DNA of 64,000 nt from Octopus bimaculoides (taxonomy: Eukaryota), in assembly GCF_001194135.2 (NCBI RefSeq), contig NC_068981.1, positions 78,892,147 through 78,956,146 on the forward strand, written 5' to 3'. The position numbers and the translations under genes were made by a program. The notes beneath the pieces are model-generated. The model saw nothing but the letters and a program-made list of their open reading frames with translations, did no database searches and had not been told where the DNA came from. Below are positions 36,399-49,368 of the stretch, piece after piece; positions within the stretch are counted from its first letter, which is position 1, and each line of letters opens with the position of its first letter.

Positions 36399-36489
36399 TC
36401 TCTATATATAAAGATGATGCGTAGTCTAGACGGTGTTTTTAGATTTCATTATTCTCTTTAACCCGGGCAATGCCGGGTATCGCTGCTAG
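36399..36489 (+). mobile_element. 91-bp minimal Helitron (TC...hairpin-CTAG in an A|T site), or the 3' end of the upstream helicase fragment
   Basis: A|TCTCTATATATAAAG ... ACCCGG-GCAATG-CCGGGT-ATCGCTG-CTAG|T. Confidence 0.65.
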
Positions 36490-36490
36490 T

Positions 36491-36900
36491 AATATATATA
36501 ATAATCCCAAATAGATTTTCCTGGCTTGCCAGTCCTCAGTCAAACCGTCCAGCCCATTCAATGTTTAGGTAAACTTTGTCACCCACTCTCTCTCTCTCTG
36601 TATCACTCACTCTCTCCCTCTCCCCACTCAAAGACGAAACAAATTTCTGAGCCAAAAATTGTAAAAAGAAAATCTATTTTTGGCACCAAAATGCTTTTCA
36701 TTGGGGGGAGGGGCAGAAAGAGAGAGTGAGTGAGTGACGAAGTTTACCTAAACACTGAATGGGTAACAATCAATCATAATTATATATATCATCATCATCA
36801 CCATCATCATTCAACGTCTGCTTTCCATGCTGGCATGGGTTGGATGTTTTGACTGAGGACTGGCAAGCCAGGAAAATTTATTCAGAATTATTATATATAT
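36491..36900. repeat. Nested imperfect palindrome (fold-back), ~410 bp
   Basis: 36498-36557 is the inverse of 36835-36893. 36553-36600 is the inverse of ~36715-36763. An inner GCCAAAAAT/ATTTTTGGC pair is present. Confidence 0.9.
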
Positions 36901-36929
36901 TATATCCAGTGATTTCAAGAGGTAGGAAA

Positions 36930-37570
36930 AAGATATTTTGCTAATATTTTACTTTTACTCCATTTCACTCATACATGCAAAAACTCTAACGTATTTTTTA
37001 AGATGAATTTATCGTCTAATCTCTCCACACTTTGTTACCACTAACTTCTATAATCTCTGCATCTTCACTTATTCATTTCAAACTTCTTTTAATTTTCAAT
37101 CTAGTAATCCGCCCTCTCTCAAAAACGTATTTCTGCAAAATGTTATCTAAAATTATAGGTAAAGAAAGAAATAGATTTTTGAAAATGGGGGTGGGGGTGA
37201 AATTGAAACAAATACGGACAACTTGTTCCGAAACACACCTGAGTGGGGAACAGTTCACAAAAATAATCCTCGATTGTTTTCCCCCAAAATTCCTATGTCC
37301 TCGGAATCTAAATAGTCTGAGGTATATTTGCAGAGGATTTCATTAAAAAATATCCATTCTCCTGAAAATTTAAGATGAATTGAAGTGGACACCGGTGAAT
37401 TTTCAGAAATTCCCCAGCCCACCCCCTCCTAAAACACTTTTCCTCAAAAAAATTTTTTGTATATTTGGAATCTACATGATATAACACATATTTGTAGAAA
37501 ATTTCATTAAAAAATATCCATTTTTTCTGAAAGTTATGATAATCCAAAATCCCGAGGGGGGGGGGGCAGA
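36930..37570. repeat. Unclassified young repeat, possibly a DNA-transposon fragment
   Basis: CpGs are retained. ATTTCATTAAAAAATATCCATT occurs twice (~37338 and ~37501). Poly-G end. Confidence 0.35.
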
Positions 37571-39864
37571 AATCTGTAATTATGCCGTTGTGTCAATCAA
37601 TATAAACAGTCTTAACTTCATTAATAACACCAACATAGAAAACGAAATAATTGTGCCATTGTACACTGCATAAAATGACCTAGCTAGAATTTGGACAGGA
37701 AGGAGGGACATGAACGTGTGAAGAAGTTGAAATAAATTATTTATTTCTTTACTTTATTTCTGCAAATATATACAAATAGGCTAATTGTAAGATATCTTTA
37801 TCAAACCATTCTTTATAATTTCTACATTTACATTGTTCTCTTGAAATCTGAAGTACACTAGTTAAAAACAGATGTGGTGGCAACAAATACACAGTTTTGA
37901 ATCTGAAATTTTCTCTCAAAAGACACAAAAATTAATTCTTCTGATTGTTCCATCAGATGAAGATTATTTACAAACATGTGTCTAGTGTCCAGACACACAC
38001 ATATATATTTATATATAAGCTCAAAGTAGATACTATAGAGTTAATTTTTTTCAATTACAACCAACCTGAGAGCATTTTTGGCTTTTGATTAAAAAAACTA
38101 CCTTGTTTTTAAAATGTTCATATTTAAGTTAAAACTTGTCATAATTTTATGAAAGCACTTGGAGGGCAGAGAATTAACCTTACACACCACAGTTCCTAGA
38201 TCTATACTAATGCTTAGTGTCTTCAAAAAACAAAATGTGTTATTCATAAATTTGTTGTATAGAAATATGATTAATAAACTGAAGTAAGCAATAATTTTCT
38301 ATATTCTTTTCCTAAGTTTTCAATTTAAAAACATTTTTTGCTAACTTCCCATACCAATTGCACCACTTAATTCTTTTTTTTTTTTTTAATTTCCATAGAA
38401 AATGTACCCGTAATTTATTGATCTAACTCCAGCGCATCATAACTTTCCAGTGTATTGGGAAAACTTTCCAGTGTATTCTCCCACAAATCACTACTTGAAT
38501 ATGAAAGCTTCAACAGCCAAGTTATATGGCATGTGTTCCACATAGCTCAGTCAACCATAAAGAAAACCAGTGTCAATGACATTACTAGCAATTAGTAATC
38601 TGAGAAGAACTAGCATTTCCATCACTATTATGATTCAACATGTAAATTATTTAAATCTTCAATGGAACAAATCTACAAGACATGTTGAGATAATGTATTC
38701 CAGGTACAAAATACCTAAGAAACATAGAAGTAACAATACTGAGGTTAATAACATGTTTAATTGAAGACTGTCCAATCATGGCATCATTCTTTTATTTGAT
38801 ATTCAGCATATAAGTATGTTGTTTTCATATCAACACAATATTTCCTCAATTACCACTGACATACCTTGACTTGGGATTAAATAAATTCCTTGCTTAACAC
38901 AAAAGTATGTATCTTGCATAAAAATTTTGGCTTTTAACATAAACTATTCTTTCATTGTTCAGAGTAACAATAAGCATAACACAATTTGTAGGTAGGTAGG
39001 TAGGTTTATGCAAAGTGTTTAGTGAAAAGTTTTGAGACTGAGACAAAGAAAGTAACAAATGGCCCAAAAGTGGGGGCACAGTATAAGCTTTTTTTAGAGA
39101 TGCAGTCTAGGAAGGCATGTATATGTGGCAGCAATACTATCTCAAGTATGTGAACAACATACAACGTAGGATGTACTTTGTGCTTTATAGCAACTGATCA
39201 AAGATAATGAATTTTCTAGCCCTCAAGAGAAAACCTAGTATTGGGGATTTACTGTAATATAACAAGTCTAAGTTAAATTATTATTTATTATTACATATAA
39301 CTTACTGCCAAGAATGAACCTACAATACAAGTCTCATCTTGAAATGTCTTACATGTTTTTTGAGGTACACCAAACATAACAGTTATTTATCAAGTCAAGA
39401 AAAGTCTCCAGGACTCTTTAAATCTGCTAGAAATGACAGCCACATTTTCTTCAAATTATACCCTACAATCTTTAAAAATAGGGTAAAAAAAAACACATTG
39501 AATAAATAAATATTCCAGAAAACAAAATGGAATGGTCATAGCTGTTAAAGCCTTTCATCATGGGCCTCTTCAAACAAGAATGACCTAGGTTTAAACAGCA
39601 ATTGAAACTTGCTGATGCAAAACCATCAATAGCCACAATGAATTTTGTTATTTGAATATATTAGCTAAACAAATCCTTTCCAAACCACCATCGGACAGGG
39701 TTTTGATGGTACTAATTAAACTACTGCAGTTAGTAGAAAAACAAATTCAACTAAGGACAGCAAGTCAAAAAGAGAGACAGTGCTATTGCTGCTTACAGAA
39801 GTAAAATAAGGACTACTTATAGTCTTTATTTAGAACAAGTTAAATGTCTCGAACACAAAACTGC

Positions 39865-40197
39865 AGGCCTCGGCATGGGTGTGTGGTTAAGAAGCTTGCT
39901 TCACAATCATGAGGTTTGGATCTGTGAGGCACCTTAGACAAGGACAAGTGTCTTTAACTATAGCCCTTGGACCAAACAAAGCCTTGTGAGTACGAGTAGA
40001 TTCACTAGACAGAAACTGAAAGAAATCTATATATAGGCACAAGGATGGCTGTGTGGTAAGAAGTTTGCTTCTCAACCACATGGTTTTGGGTTTAGTCCCA
40101 TTGTGTGGCACCATAGGTAAGTGTCTCCTCCTATATCTCCAGGTCAACTAAAGCCTTGTCAGTGGAATTGGGAGAGGGAAACTGAAAGAAACTTGTC

Positions 40198-40237
<40 letters not shown>

Positions 40238-40430
40238 ATGTCCTCCACCACTACGTGACAACCGGTGTTGGTGCATTTACATCCCCATAACTTAGTGGTT
40301 CAGCAAAAGAGGCTAATATAATAGGTACAAGGCTTTACACAAAAATAGCAAGTATTGGGGTCAATTCATTGGACTAAAATTCTTCAAGGTGGTGCCCCAG
40401 TCTAATGACTGAAACAAGAAAAAGGTAGAA
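39865..40430 (+). mobile_element. SINE family B: truncated copy (39865-40030) followed by a full copy (40036-40430)
   Basis: Two heads (GTGTGGTTAAGAAGCTTGCTT; GGCTGTGTGGTAAGAAGTTTGCTT), a (TG)n core and 3' AATGACTGAAACAAG. Confidence 0.85.
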
Positions 40431-40879
40431 AAAAAGATAGAAGAAATATTAATAATGTATGTATTTGTGGATTGAGGCCTCTTGTCTTTGTATCATGTGA
40501 TGGTTGTAAACCAACACTGCACATTCCAAATCTATGAAACTAAAAATAATGTCTGGCTCTGGAGGAATATTATCTTGCTTCCAAACAGGTAAGGGCTGAC
40601 AACAGGAAGAGTATCAAGCTGTAAAAATCTACCTCGAGAAAATCCATCTGACTCATGCAAGTATGAAAAAGTGGACATTAAAATAACAATTATGATATAA
40701 ATATATATGCATTAAGTGTTGGAAATGCAGAAACCTATTACAACTTTGAAGTTAAAAAAAAACTTACTTTAAGATGTGACTTTCAAATAACACTTTATGA
40801 CACCTATTTAGATTGTTAGAAGATAGGGAACAATAACATAGAGATCATCTGAGATTTGCTAAAAATCAACATTCTACAA

Positions 40880-41370
40880 GTAAATGACCAAATTTTATGG
40901 ATAAATGGATGTCTGGAGCAGGATCCCAGCCAAACAGATAGCAGTGTGATGATGAAATAATTTAGTGAATAGTGCTTTAAAAACTAAGTGACAGTCTTGG
41001 AAGAATGGGAAAAAGAGAGAAACAAAGTGAAATATCAGGAAATAATCTGCAGGTGTGGACAAGAGACATTAAGTATCCCAATTTACAAGAACTAGGATGT
41101 AATTACATAGAACTGTATCCAAAATGAAACTTTCACACTACCTTCAATATCTGTGAAAAGAAAGAGGTGTAGAAGTGCCAGTATCAGAGGTTGTTTAATA
41201 AGGAATGTAAATGGGATAATGAAACATCTACTGTAAGCAAAACCAATAAAACAGCCAACTATAGAGATTAGTTCAAGCATAATTAGTGAGGTGATCAATG
41301 AATTAAAGGTAAGGAAAGTTTCAGCTCCATCAGAGATGGTTATTGGAATGATGAAAACATGAGGTAAAAT
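40880..41370 (+). pseudogene. Decayed LINE reverse-transcriptase N-terminal remnant
   Basis: IEISSSIISEVINELKVRKVSAPSEMVIGMMK resembles the LINE EV..AI..MK.GKAPGP.G...EM.K motif. Confidence 0.4.
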
Positions 41371-42625
41371 TAGTAGTTGGTTGGTCTCTTCCGAAGTTAA
41401 TTATATATTGTTTTTCTTCAAAGTCAATACAGAAAGAAGAGCTGAAAATTATCGAATCACTAGTCAGGTAAAGTAGTTATATCTTTTGACAAATTCAACG
41501 TTGCATATTTCACAGGAAGGTGTATAGTCAATCAAATCTACTGTCATATATTACTGATACCTATTTTTACCCCAACCACTGCCCAACTGAACTCATAGGA
41601 TGAAACTAACTACTTTTACTGGTAATTTACTATCTTTTCTCTAGTTAAACATTCTGTAATAGCTTGAGAAAAAAAAAAAAGAATGAGACACCAGCTGTAT
41701 GGAAAATTGTGATTCATGAAAGGAATAACTAATAGCATAGCATTAACATAAATTCCCGACAGGAAGTTTTGCCTAGGAATATAATGCAAAGTCTGTGGTT
41801 GCATTTCAATTTCTGACCTTTACATTAGTAGTCTTAACCAATCAACTCCATAATTTAAACCACACTACATCTAAAACCTTAAATGTTGTATATCTTCCAA
41901 TTCAATATCCTTCCTTTCCTTTTTAATAAGTTCTTGCATCTGTTTGCTTTGTAATACAATGAATTTTTTCTCCTTTCTTTCATAAATATTAAGAATTGCA
42001 TGTAAATTGTTTGGGACATGCTATTTTTCAAAACTAGGCTTTCTTCTGGACATTATTTGTGAAATAGAAGTGATCCCTATTTACAATTTGGCAGACTGAC
42101 ATACGTGAGGATTTTGAGCTCAGAAGTTAATGGTTGGTAAGTAGCTCAATCTTAATAATCAATCGCTATAGCATGAGGAAGCATGTTTTCAAATATGAAG
42201 GAAAGCATGGCTCTGTGATTAAGAAGTTTTTTTCACAACCTTATGGGTTCAATACTGAATGTCTTCTATCACAGCCATAGGCTGACCAATACTTTGTAAA
42301 TGGAATTATATATTATATCATATTTTCGGTATGCAAATTAGGGACTCCTTCATAGAGTAACTGCTGCATTTGTTGAGTGTATAAACAGTTTGCCCTGTTT
42401 ATAATTATACCAAATGTTACATATTATATATATATAATATATTAAATATTATATACACATATATATATATTAACTAATATTTAGCAAAAGCAACAGAGGG
42501 ACTCAAAGTTTGAAAGTTTCATGCGTTGACACTTATCAAACTAGTTACAGGTTAAAGAGCTGGGGGTTTATACATTTTGAGTTCTATTTTCCCTGCTTGT
42601 ATCACTATACAGCTCTCTCTTTCTC

Positions 42626-42670
<45 letters not shown>

Positions 42671-42965
42671 CATGTAACCTCTAAGTACTAAAAACTTCAT
42701 TTTTACCCAACAAGTCAAGGGCAATTCAACCTGTCATAGATCATTTCTTTCCAGGTTATTAATTACAAGTGGAATTTCTGAGTATAAAAGATAAATACGT
42801 AAGTGAAGTGAACCGGATCAACTGTGAATTATGCCTGCATTGCACATCTAACATGTCAAATCCTACTTTGAGATAAATATATCTCAAGTAAAAAAATTCA
42901 CCTCATGTATTAGTTACCAAGGACACAAAAGATATAACTTGTACACATGGTCTTTGGTCCAAGTA

Positions 42966-44215
42966 TGGTGGCATCAATTTGATTCCTGGACTAGTTATGT
43001 TTAATAAAAATAACTTACTTACCTAAGTTTTAACATATCTCCTTCGAAGTAGTCACCTTGCACAGCAATACACCAGTCCCAGCATTCATGCCACTTTTGG
43101 AATCCTGCCTGGAAGTTGTTTTCTGTAAGTGTGTAGGGGACGTTCCACAATTTGCTCTGGATCTTGACAACAGCATTAAAATGGCAACCTTTGAGCAGCA
43201 TTTTCATCTTGGGGAAGAGATGGAAGTTTGTATGTGCTAAATCCAGCAAATAGGACAAGTGCAGAAGCAACACCATGTTGTTTTTGGCGAGAAACTCACA
43301 AGTGAATCGAGCTCGGTGACAGGGTGACATCATGAAGAATCCAATTCTTCACAATCCACAGATCTGGTAATTTTCATTGAATGTCCTCCCCCAAATGCTT
43401 CAAAACATCACAGTAGAACTCTTGATTGCTGGTCTGGCCCTGGGGGAGGAATTCCCGATGCACAATACTGTGGCTGTGGTAAAAAACGAGCACACTCTTA
43501 ACTGAGCTGCGGCTCTGCCGTGCTTTCTTCAATTGTGGAGATGAAGGGCTCTTCCATTGTGACAACTGCTGCTTTGTCTCAGGGTTGTACCCATAGACCC
43601 AACTCTCATCACCAATGATGATCCTCAACATGAAGGATAGGTCATCAAGAGCACGTGGAACAGAGATCTTGACAGATTTCTACGTGATGTTCTTTCTGCT
43701 TAATGGTCAGCAGGCAGGGTCAAACTTGGTAGAGACACACCACATGTTCCATTCCAATGTTAGGATTGCCTGCATGGACCCATATGACAGTAATGTCATT
43801 GATTGTCCTTCAACAAACCTCATGTACAAGCTGATGAATTTCTCCACATTTCCAGGGGTGATTCTCATGGCAGGTCTTCCAGGGACGTTTTTCCGCTTTC
43901 GAAGTGCCCATGCCACTTGAAACATTGTGAACAACCCATTACTTCATTGCCGTAAGCTTGCCGAAACATGCTCAAAGTCTCTGTAGCAGACTTCCCAAGT
44001 TTAACGCCAAATTTCACATTGACTTTTCATTCCAGCTTCCTGTCTGTGACAAAATTGCAAACTACAACATACATGCAATAACAAAAACACAGATTTCACA
44101 ACTTGCGGAGTAAACACAGTGATGTCACTGCTAGCTTTCACTGCGCATGCAGTTGTGTGCTGCCATCTGTTGGTGTGCTACAGAACTAGTCTGGGAACTT
44201 TTTGATACCATGCCA
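42966..44215 (-). mobile_element. Full-length (1250 bp) decayed mariner (DD34D-type) transposon
   Basis: TA-flanked imperfect ~30-bp TIRs (TGGTGGCATCAATTTGATTCCTGGACTAGT / TGGCATGGTATCAAAAAGTTCCCAGACTAGT). Frameshifted ORF pieces: GRP..VEK, IIGDESWVYGYNPETKQQLSQWKSPSSP, YLLDLAHTNFHLFPKMK...YFEGD. Confidence 0.92.
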
Positions 44216-44554
44216 TAGACTGGCAGGGCATTTTACGCGTGAAAATAAAGAGACTGACACAAGTGAATTTGTAACCAAGTCACTGATTAAGCAAATGATA
44301 ATATATATTCATGTACATACAAGTATTTATAAATGTATGCATGTGTATATTTGCATATCTGTATAGATGTATTATTAATTACAAAGGTGTGTGTGTGTGT
44401 GTGTTTTGAAGTGCACGACATAATTTGACTGTGACCACCAACACTAGTGGGTACTTTGCAACTGACACTCTGTTTAAAAGGAGAGAATTGGGGAAGTCTG
44501 CAATTAACTGCTGAAAGCATTTGACGCAAAAAAAAAGACACTTTTTTTTTTCTC

Positions 44555-45140
44555 AGTCTGATGACAAGGGGTGAAACAAATCTTTATGACTCAGAAGCAA
44601 AGATTCAGTTCATGGAATGGCACCAAACCGCTTCTCCAAAGCCTAAAAAGTTCAAGAGCTAGCAAATGGCACAGGAAGCCATGGCAAGTATCTTAAGATG
44701 ACATGGGTGTCATTCTCCTTGATTTTTTGGAACATGGCTGCTTATCATGAACAACAAGCAGCACATTGAGACACTCGAAAAGCTTAGAGAGACCATTAGG
44801 GGGAAGAGATTCAACAAGGATTTGAAAATGATCTGCATTCACTTATAACAATGCACAACCATACACATCTTTGGCAGCAAATCAGACCATCTACAAATTG
44901 GGCTGGTCAGTGGTTCACCATACACCATACAACCTGGATCTGGTGCTCTCCAACCTCCATCTATTGGGTACAATGATGAAGGACAAACTTTCAGGACAAT
45001 GATTTACTAACAGACAAGGTGAAAGAGATCATGAAGTAGGTACACCTGTCTATAATTGAATATTTTCAAATAGGGTTTGTGAGATGAGTTCAACACTGGC
45101 GAAAAGGCATTAGTTGTGATGGTGACTATGTTATAGTACC
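44555..45140 (+). mobile_element. Second mariner transposase remnant (different subfamily, catalytic half)
   Basis: Broken frames DSEAKIQFMEWHQTASPKPKKFK, NNAQPYT, LGWSVVHHTPYNLDLVLSNLHLLG and a C-terminal GDYV-like end. Confidence 0.75.
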
Positions 45141-46873
45141 TGTAAAAGAAGAATTTCTCTACCATGTCAATTAATAAAAAGTAATGCCCATTTTTGCATT
45201 ACTTTCAGTACAAGCCTCAGGTGCACATGTACATGTGATGTGCATGTGTCTGTGCGTGAATACACACACACACTCAACCACAGAGAAGGAATGTAGTGAG
45301 GGTGATTATGGATATGAACAATATGGGGAGGAAAAATACTACATTCAAAGACTATTTTAATCAGCATTGTTGATCATCATCATCATCGTTTAACGTCCAC
45401 TTTCCATGCTAGCATGGGTTGGACAATTTGACTGAGGATTGGTGAACCAGATGGCTGAAAATTTCAATCAACTATTCAATCCAACTAGTTTTTAGATTTC
45501 AAAATCATCTTACACCAAGGACATGCTCTAATTTTCAAATCTAAAGAAACCATGCTGAATGATAAATATGGCAACATCTAGAGTCTTGATAGAGTTATTC
45601 TCTGATCAGTTATTTCTATAACATAGGTATGCTCAACAAAAATACAATATAAGAACCATAATAACATGCAACTTCAAATTCTTTTCTCAAATGCAATTTT
45701 CAAAAATAATGAGATTTTTTAAAATCTTAAAAACGAAATTTTCAGAAGTCTCAAAGTTTTAGGAAACTTAAATTTATTGAAGTAAACCACCAACCATTTG
45801 GTTAACTTTTGAAAGAGAAAATACGTTTAAAAAGAAATTAAATCACAGACTTTATTCCAACAAATCTTGAATACCCCAAAACAACAAGAACACAAAAACT
45901 TGGAATTCGTGCAATGTCACTCCAACAACTTGACTCCCATACAACATTGGTCAGATACTATACACAACCAATATCATATAAACTATGCATTGATAGTTGT
46001 TTTTGTTGCTTCTTTTTGATATCATCCATCAACTATAGTAAGGTGGATCAACAGACCGATTTCTTTTTCACCTCTTCAGACTCTAATAAATATGAAAATT
46101 CTCCTTCTTTGCATCACAAATGCAATGAAAACTTTGTCAAATTACTATCATTAGTACCAATTTGAACGGAATGAACAACTTGCAAAAAATATATCAGAAA
46201 CCTAATAGAAAAAAAGTAAATTTTATTGATAAGATATTAACGTTTTCTGTCAATTTCTGTGTGCTACTAGCTATGAATTTATTTCACTTAGCAAACTTTT
46301 ATACTTACAATTTTCCGACACAGACCAACACTAGTTCTTCTGGTTTCAATTGTTTCACTTTTAAACTAATAAAAACTCAAAGTCCATTTATTGATTAGCA
46401 AAAACAAAACAAAAATATATAATTTAGGCAACTAACTTTTCTGGAAAGGATAAAGTGGACGCATTTCAGTATTTTATTTCTGGTAAATATTTTTAATAGT
46501 AACAAAAATTAAAGTTAACTCCGACGGAAAGGCACGAAGCAGATAACTTAAAAGCACCTAGTCCAGCGCTCTAGATAGAGATTTGCCAAAGATGGCAAAC
46601 ATTACATTGATTACATTACTAAAGAAGGTATTGATAATAAATAGCGGTTCTTTTTAAAGGATACAGACTAAAAGACGAACTATCGCTTTGTAGGAAAATC
46701 AAGACAATTACCAAACATAACTTCTAATAAGCCCCAATTTTCGTGGAATGTCAATGAAAAAAACAGAGGAACTACTACACATCCTAACAAAGAACTTAGT
46801 TTGGTCTCGCATCTGTGGACATAACAGTATTGACTAGTTTATCCCCTAAACGTTATTAAACGATAGATCTTAC

Positions 46874-46936
46874 TTTCTTTATTTCTCCTAATCCAGTCAG
46901 CATAGAGCAGAGAGAATTAATCGCCCAATGCGCAAC
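46874..46936 (-). CDS. Second coding exon of an unidentified host gene (VAHWAINSLCSMLTGLGEIKK)
   Basis: 63 nt, phase 0-0. Acceptor TTTTCCCTCTTTTATTCTGTAG|G and donor AAA|GTAAGA. It is in frame with the ATG exon at 50907-50930. Confidence 0.8.
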
Positions 46937-48120
46937 CTACAGAATAAAAGAGGGAAAAAAAAACGAAAAGGTGTTGTTTGTATGATTAAATACATATTTT
47001 AATAGCAGAGGTGATTGGAAATGGTTGTTAGCTGCCGTGGTCAAAACACGTAGCTGATATGATAAAGCTGTAAAGTAATGTGGTCGATGCGTCCGGAGTG
47101 AAAAACTTCAGTTGATGGGGAAAGGGGATAGAAAAAAAAATGTCGAACGTGCGCGCATTTGTCAATGTGTACTTCTCTGTGTAGGCGGAGTGGCGGCACA
47201 ATAGCATTGTCACACATAACTGACACCTGGCCATACATCGAATACATGCACATACACACACACATGTAGAGATAGCTGTTAAAATGCAATTGACTTGGCA
47301 CACATCATTTACACAAAGTTCATAGATTAGGATGAAATGAATTACAAAACAAAAAGTACATGTATGTGCAGGAGTCGCCGCCAATGGAGAGATATAAGGG
47401 GGCAATAAGTTTATGTAAATAAGGCAGAGAGCAATGCCATTTATAAAGCTGGTTCTTGTCACAAAGAATGCTGACAGAGACTAGCGAATGCTGTAACTAT
47501 TTCCTTTGTGGAATCCAAAAAGGAATCGATACATTCAGCCAGCTAAGGGGGCCAAAATAACCCACGTGCTCACTCTCAGACAAGCATTTGTGTGTATAAA
47601 CACTCAATCATTCGCAAACACACATTCCATTCCCATGATGAAATTAGATTTATTATTGAATATTCTTTTTTTTTTCCCGTTAATAAATTATCCTGATTGA
47701 AACAAGAAAAGTTACTCCTAAAATCGAAATGGAAGTTCAAACAATTAAAAAAAAAAGTTATATCGATAATGTCCCTCTTTCGCTAATTAACAATTTAAGC
47801 ATATACTGAATAGGGAGTACATAAATTATAGGATGATATATAATCAATGTTATATACAGGTATAAAATATATGCTATTATATAAATAGATTTAATTGTAT
47901 AATAAACTAGACACATGCATATGTATTATGCGTGTGCGATGTGTACAATAAAGTGAAAGAAGATATAATGGAATATAAAAATCTAAGTGACATCAATCCC
48001 AGCCATTGTTGCAACTGTTCCTGCTAACTTTTTGCAGTGTAAAAGAGGCTCAAGTTTTTTTAACGCCATGCATGCCATTTACCCTATCTGTCTATGGCTA
48101 AGCGTGACAATATCGTTGAT

Positions 48121-48125
48121 ATATA

Positions 48126-48219
<94 letters not shown>
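48121..48219. repeat. Long (TA)n microsatellite
   Basis: Directly visible. Confidence 0.98.
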
Positions 48220-48222
<3 letters not shown>

Positions 48223-48710
48223 GCACACAATATTTTTGTATAGCCGAGCAAGTCATACTGTTGAATCCGTTGTAATGCCATATCCACTACAGTTATTTAA
48301 ACCAGCTAGTTTTGCACATGTTACAGAAAATGGTAGAAATAATGCAGTCCAGTCTAGTTCATTAACATACGCGAACAAGTATAGTAATGATATTTAATAA
48401 AACAAATATGACTGGTCTCACTTTCCTATCCAGCTAACACCTACACAACTAAGTTGGTAATAAGCGGCATGATTACGAAGTCAGGGGGCACCATGAGAGG
48501 AGGGGGGAAGCATTCTTACATAAAAAGAAAATGCCCCCTGAAAACAATGTGGCCTGGAGGTACTTATTCACCATGCAATCTGTATCACAGGGGAAAAGAG
48601 CAAGAACCATGATGAAATAATAACGGACAAAGTAAATATTTATACTTGTTAAATTTAACGCGATCAATATCTAAAGGCAAGAAGAGGAAAGTCGATTATA
48701 TCGGATATAA

Positions 48711-49036
48711 AATGCTGTACTCAACTGCCAACTTTGAAAAATAAAAAAGCAAAGAGATACGAGAAATCATTTAGAGTTGACCGTGCTTCGAAAAAAATTA
48801 TTTACCCAGCCGTTTATCTATCTACATGCATGTCTTTCTATCAGTCATCTAACCTTGTGTATGAATATCTATCTATATCTATCTGTCATATATATATATA
48901 TATATTATATATATATAATAATAATAATAATAATATTTGGGATAAAATCCAAAATTACAGGTAAAAACTCAATTAAAATCAATTTATTAAAAATTAAAAT
49001 TAAATGAGTTCATAAACCTTGGTTCTTTTCCCTAAT

Positions 49037-49083
<47 letters not shown>

Positions 49084-49368
49084 TACAGACACGNNNNNNN
49101 NNNNNNNNNNNNNNNNNNNNNNNNNNNNNNNNNNNNNNNNNNNNNNNNNNNNNNNNNNNNNNNNNNNNNNNNNAATGCTGTACTCAACTGCCAACTTTGA
49201 AAAATAAAAAAGCAAAGAGATACGAGAAATCATTTAGAGTTGACCGTGCTTCGAAAAAAATTATTTACCCAGCCGTTTATCTATCTACATGCATGTCTTT
49301 CTATCAGTCATCTAACCTTGTGTATGAATATCTATCTATATCTATCTGTCATATATATATATATATAT
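48711..49368. repeat. Identical ~195-bp segment on both sides of an N gap (48711-~48905 and 49174-~49368)
   Basis: AATGCTGTACTCAACTGCC...TATCTATCTGTCATATATATA is repeated exactly. The second copy starts at the gap edge, so a contig overlap or haplotype artefact is likely. Confidence 0.9.
49094..49173. other. Assembly gap (N run)
   Basis: Run of n. Confidence 0.99.

Noticed and set aside
47028-47462. 144-aa minus ORF near exon 2
   Set aside because: It runs through (TG)n microsatellite, has no splice link or recognisable domain, and is better explained as CpG-retaining regulatory DNA.
47987-48397. ORFs with IYIY/CVCV/THTH runs (also 6136-6615, 49510-49785, 52448-53038)
   Set aside because: They are translations of (TA)n, (TG)n, (CA)n and (AAT)n microsatellites and SINE sequence.
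48711-49368. Biological tandem duplication in the first intron
   Set aside because: The copies are identical and the second starts exactly at an N gap. This is most likely an unmerged contig overlap or two haplotypes.
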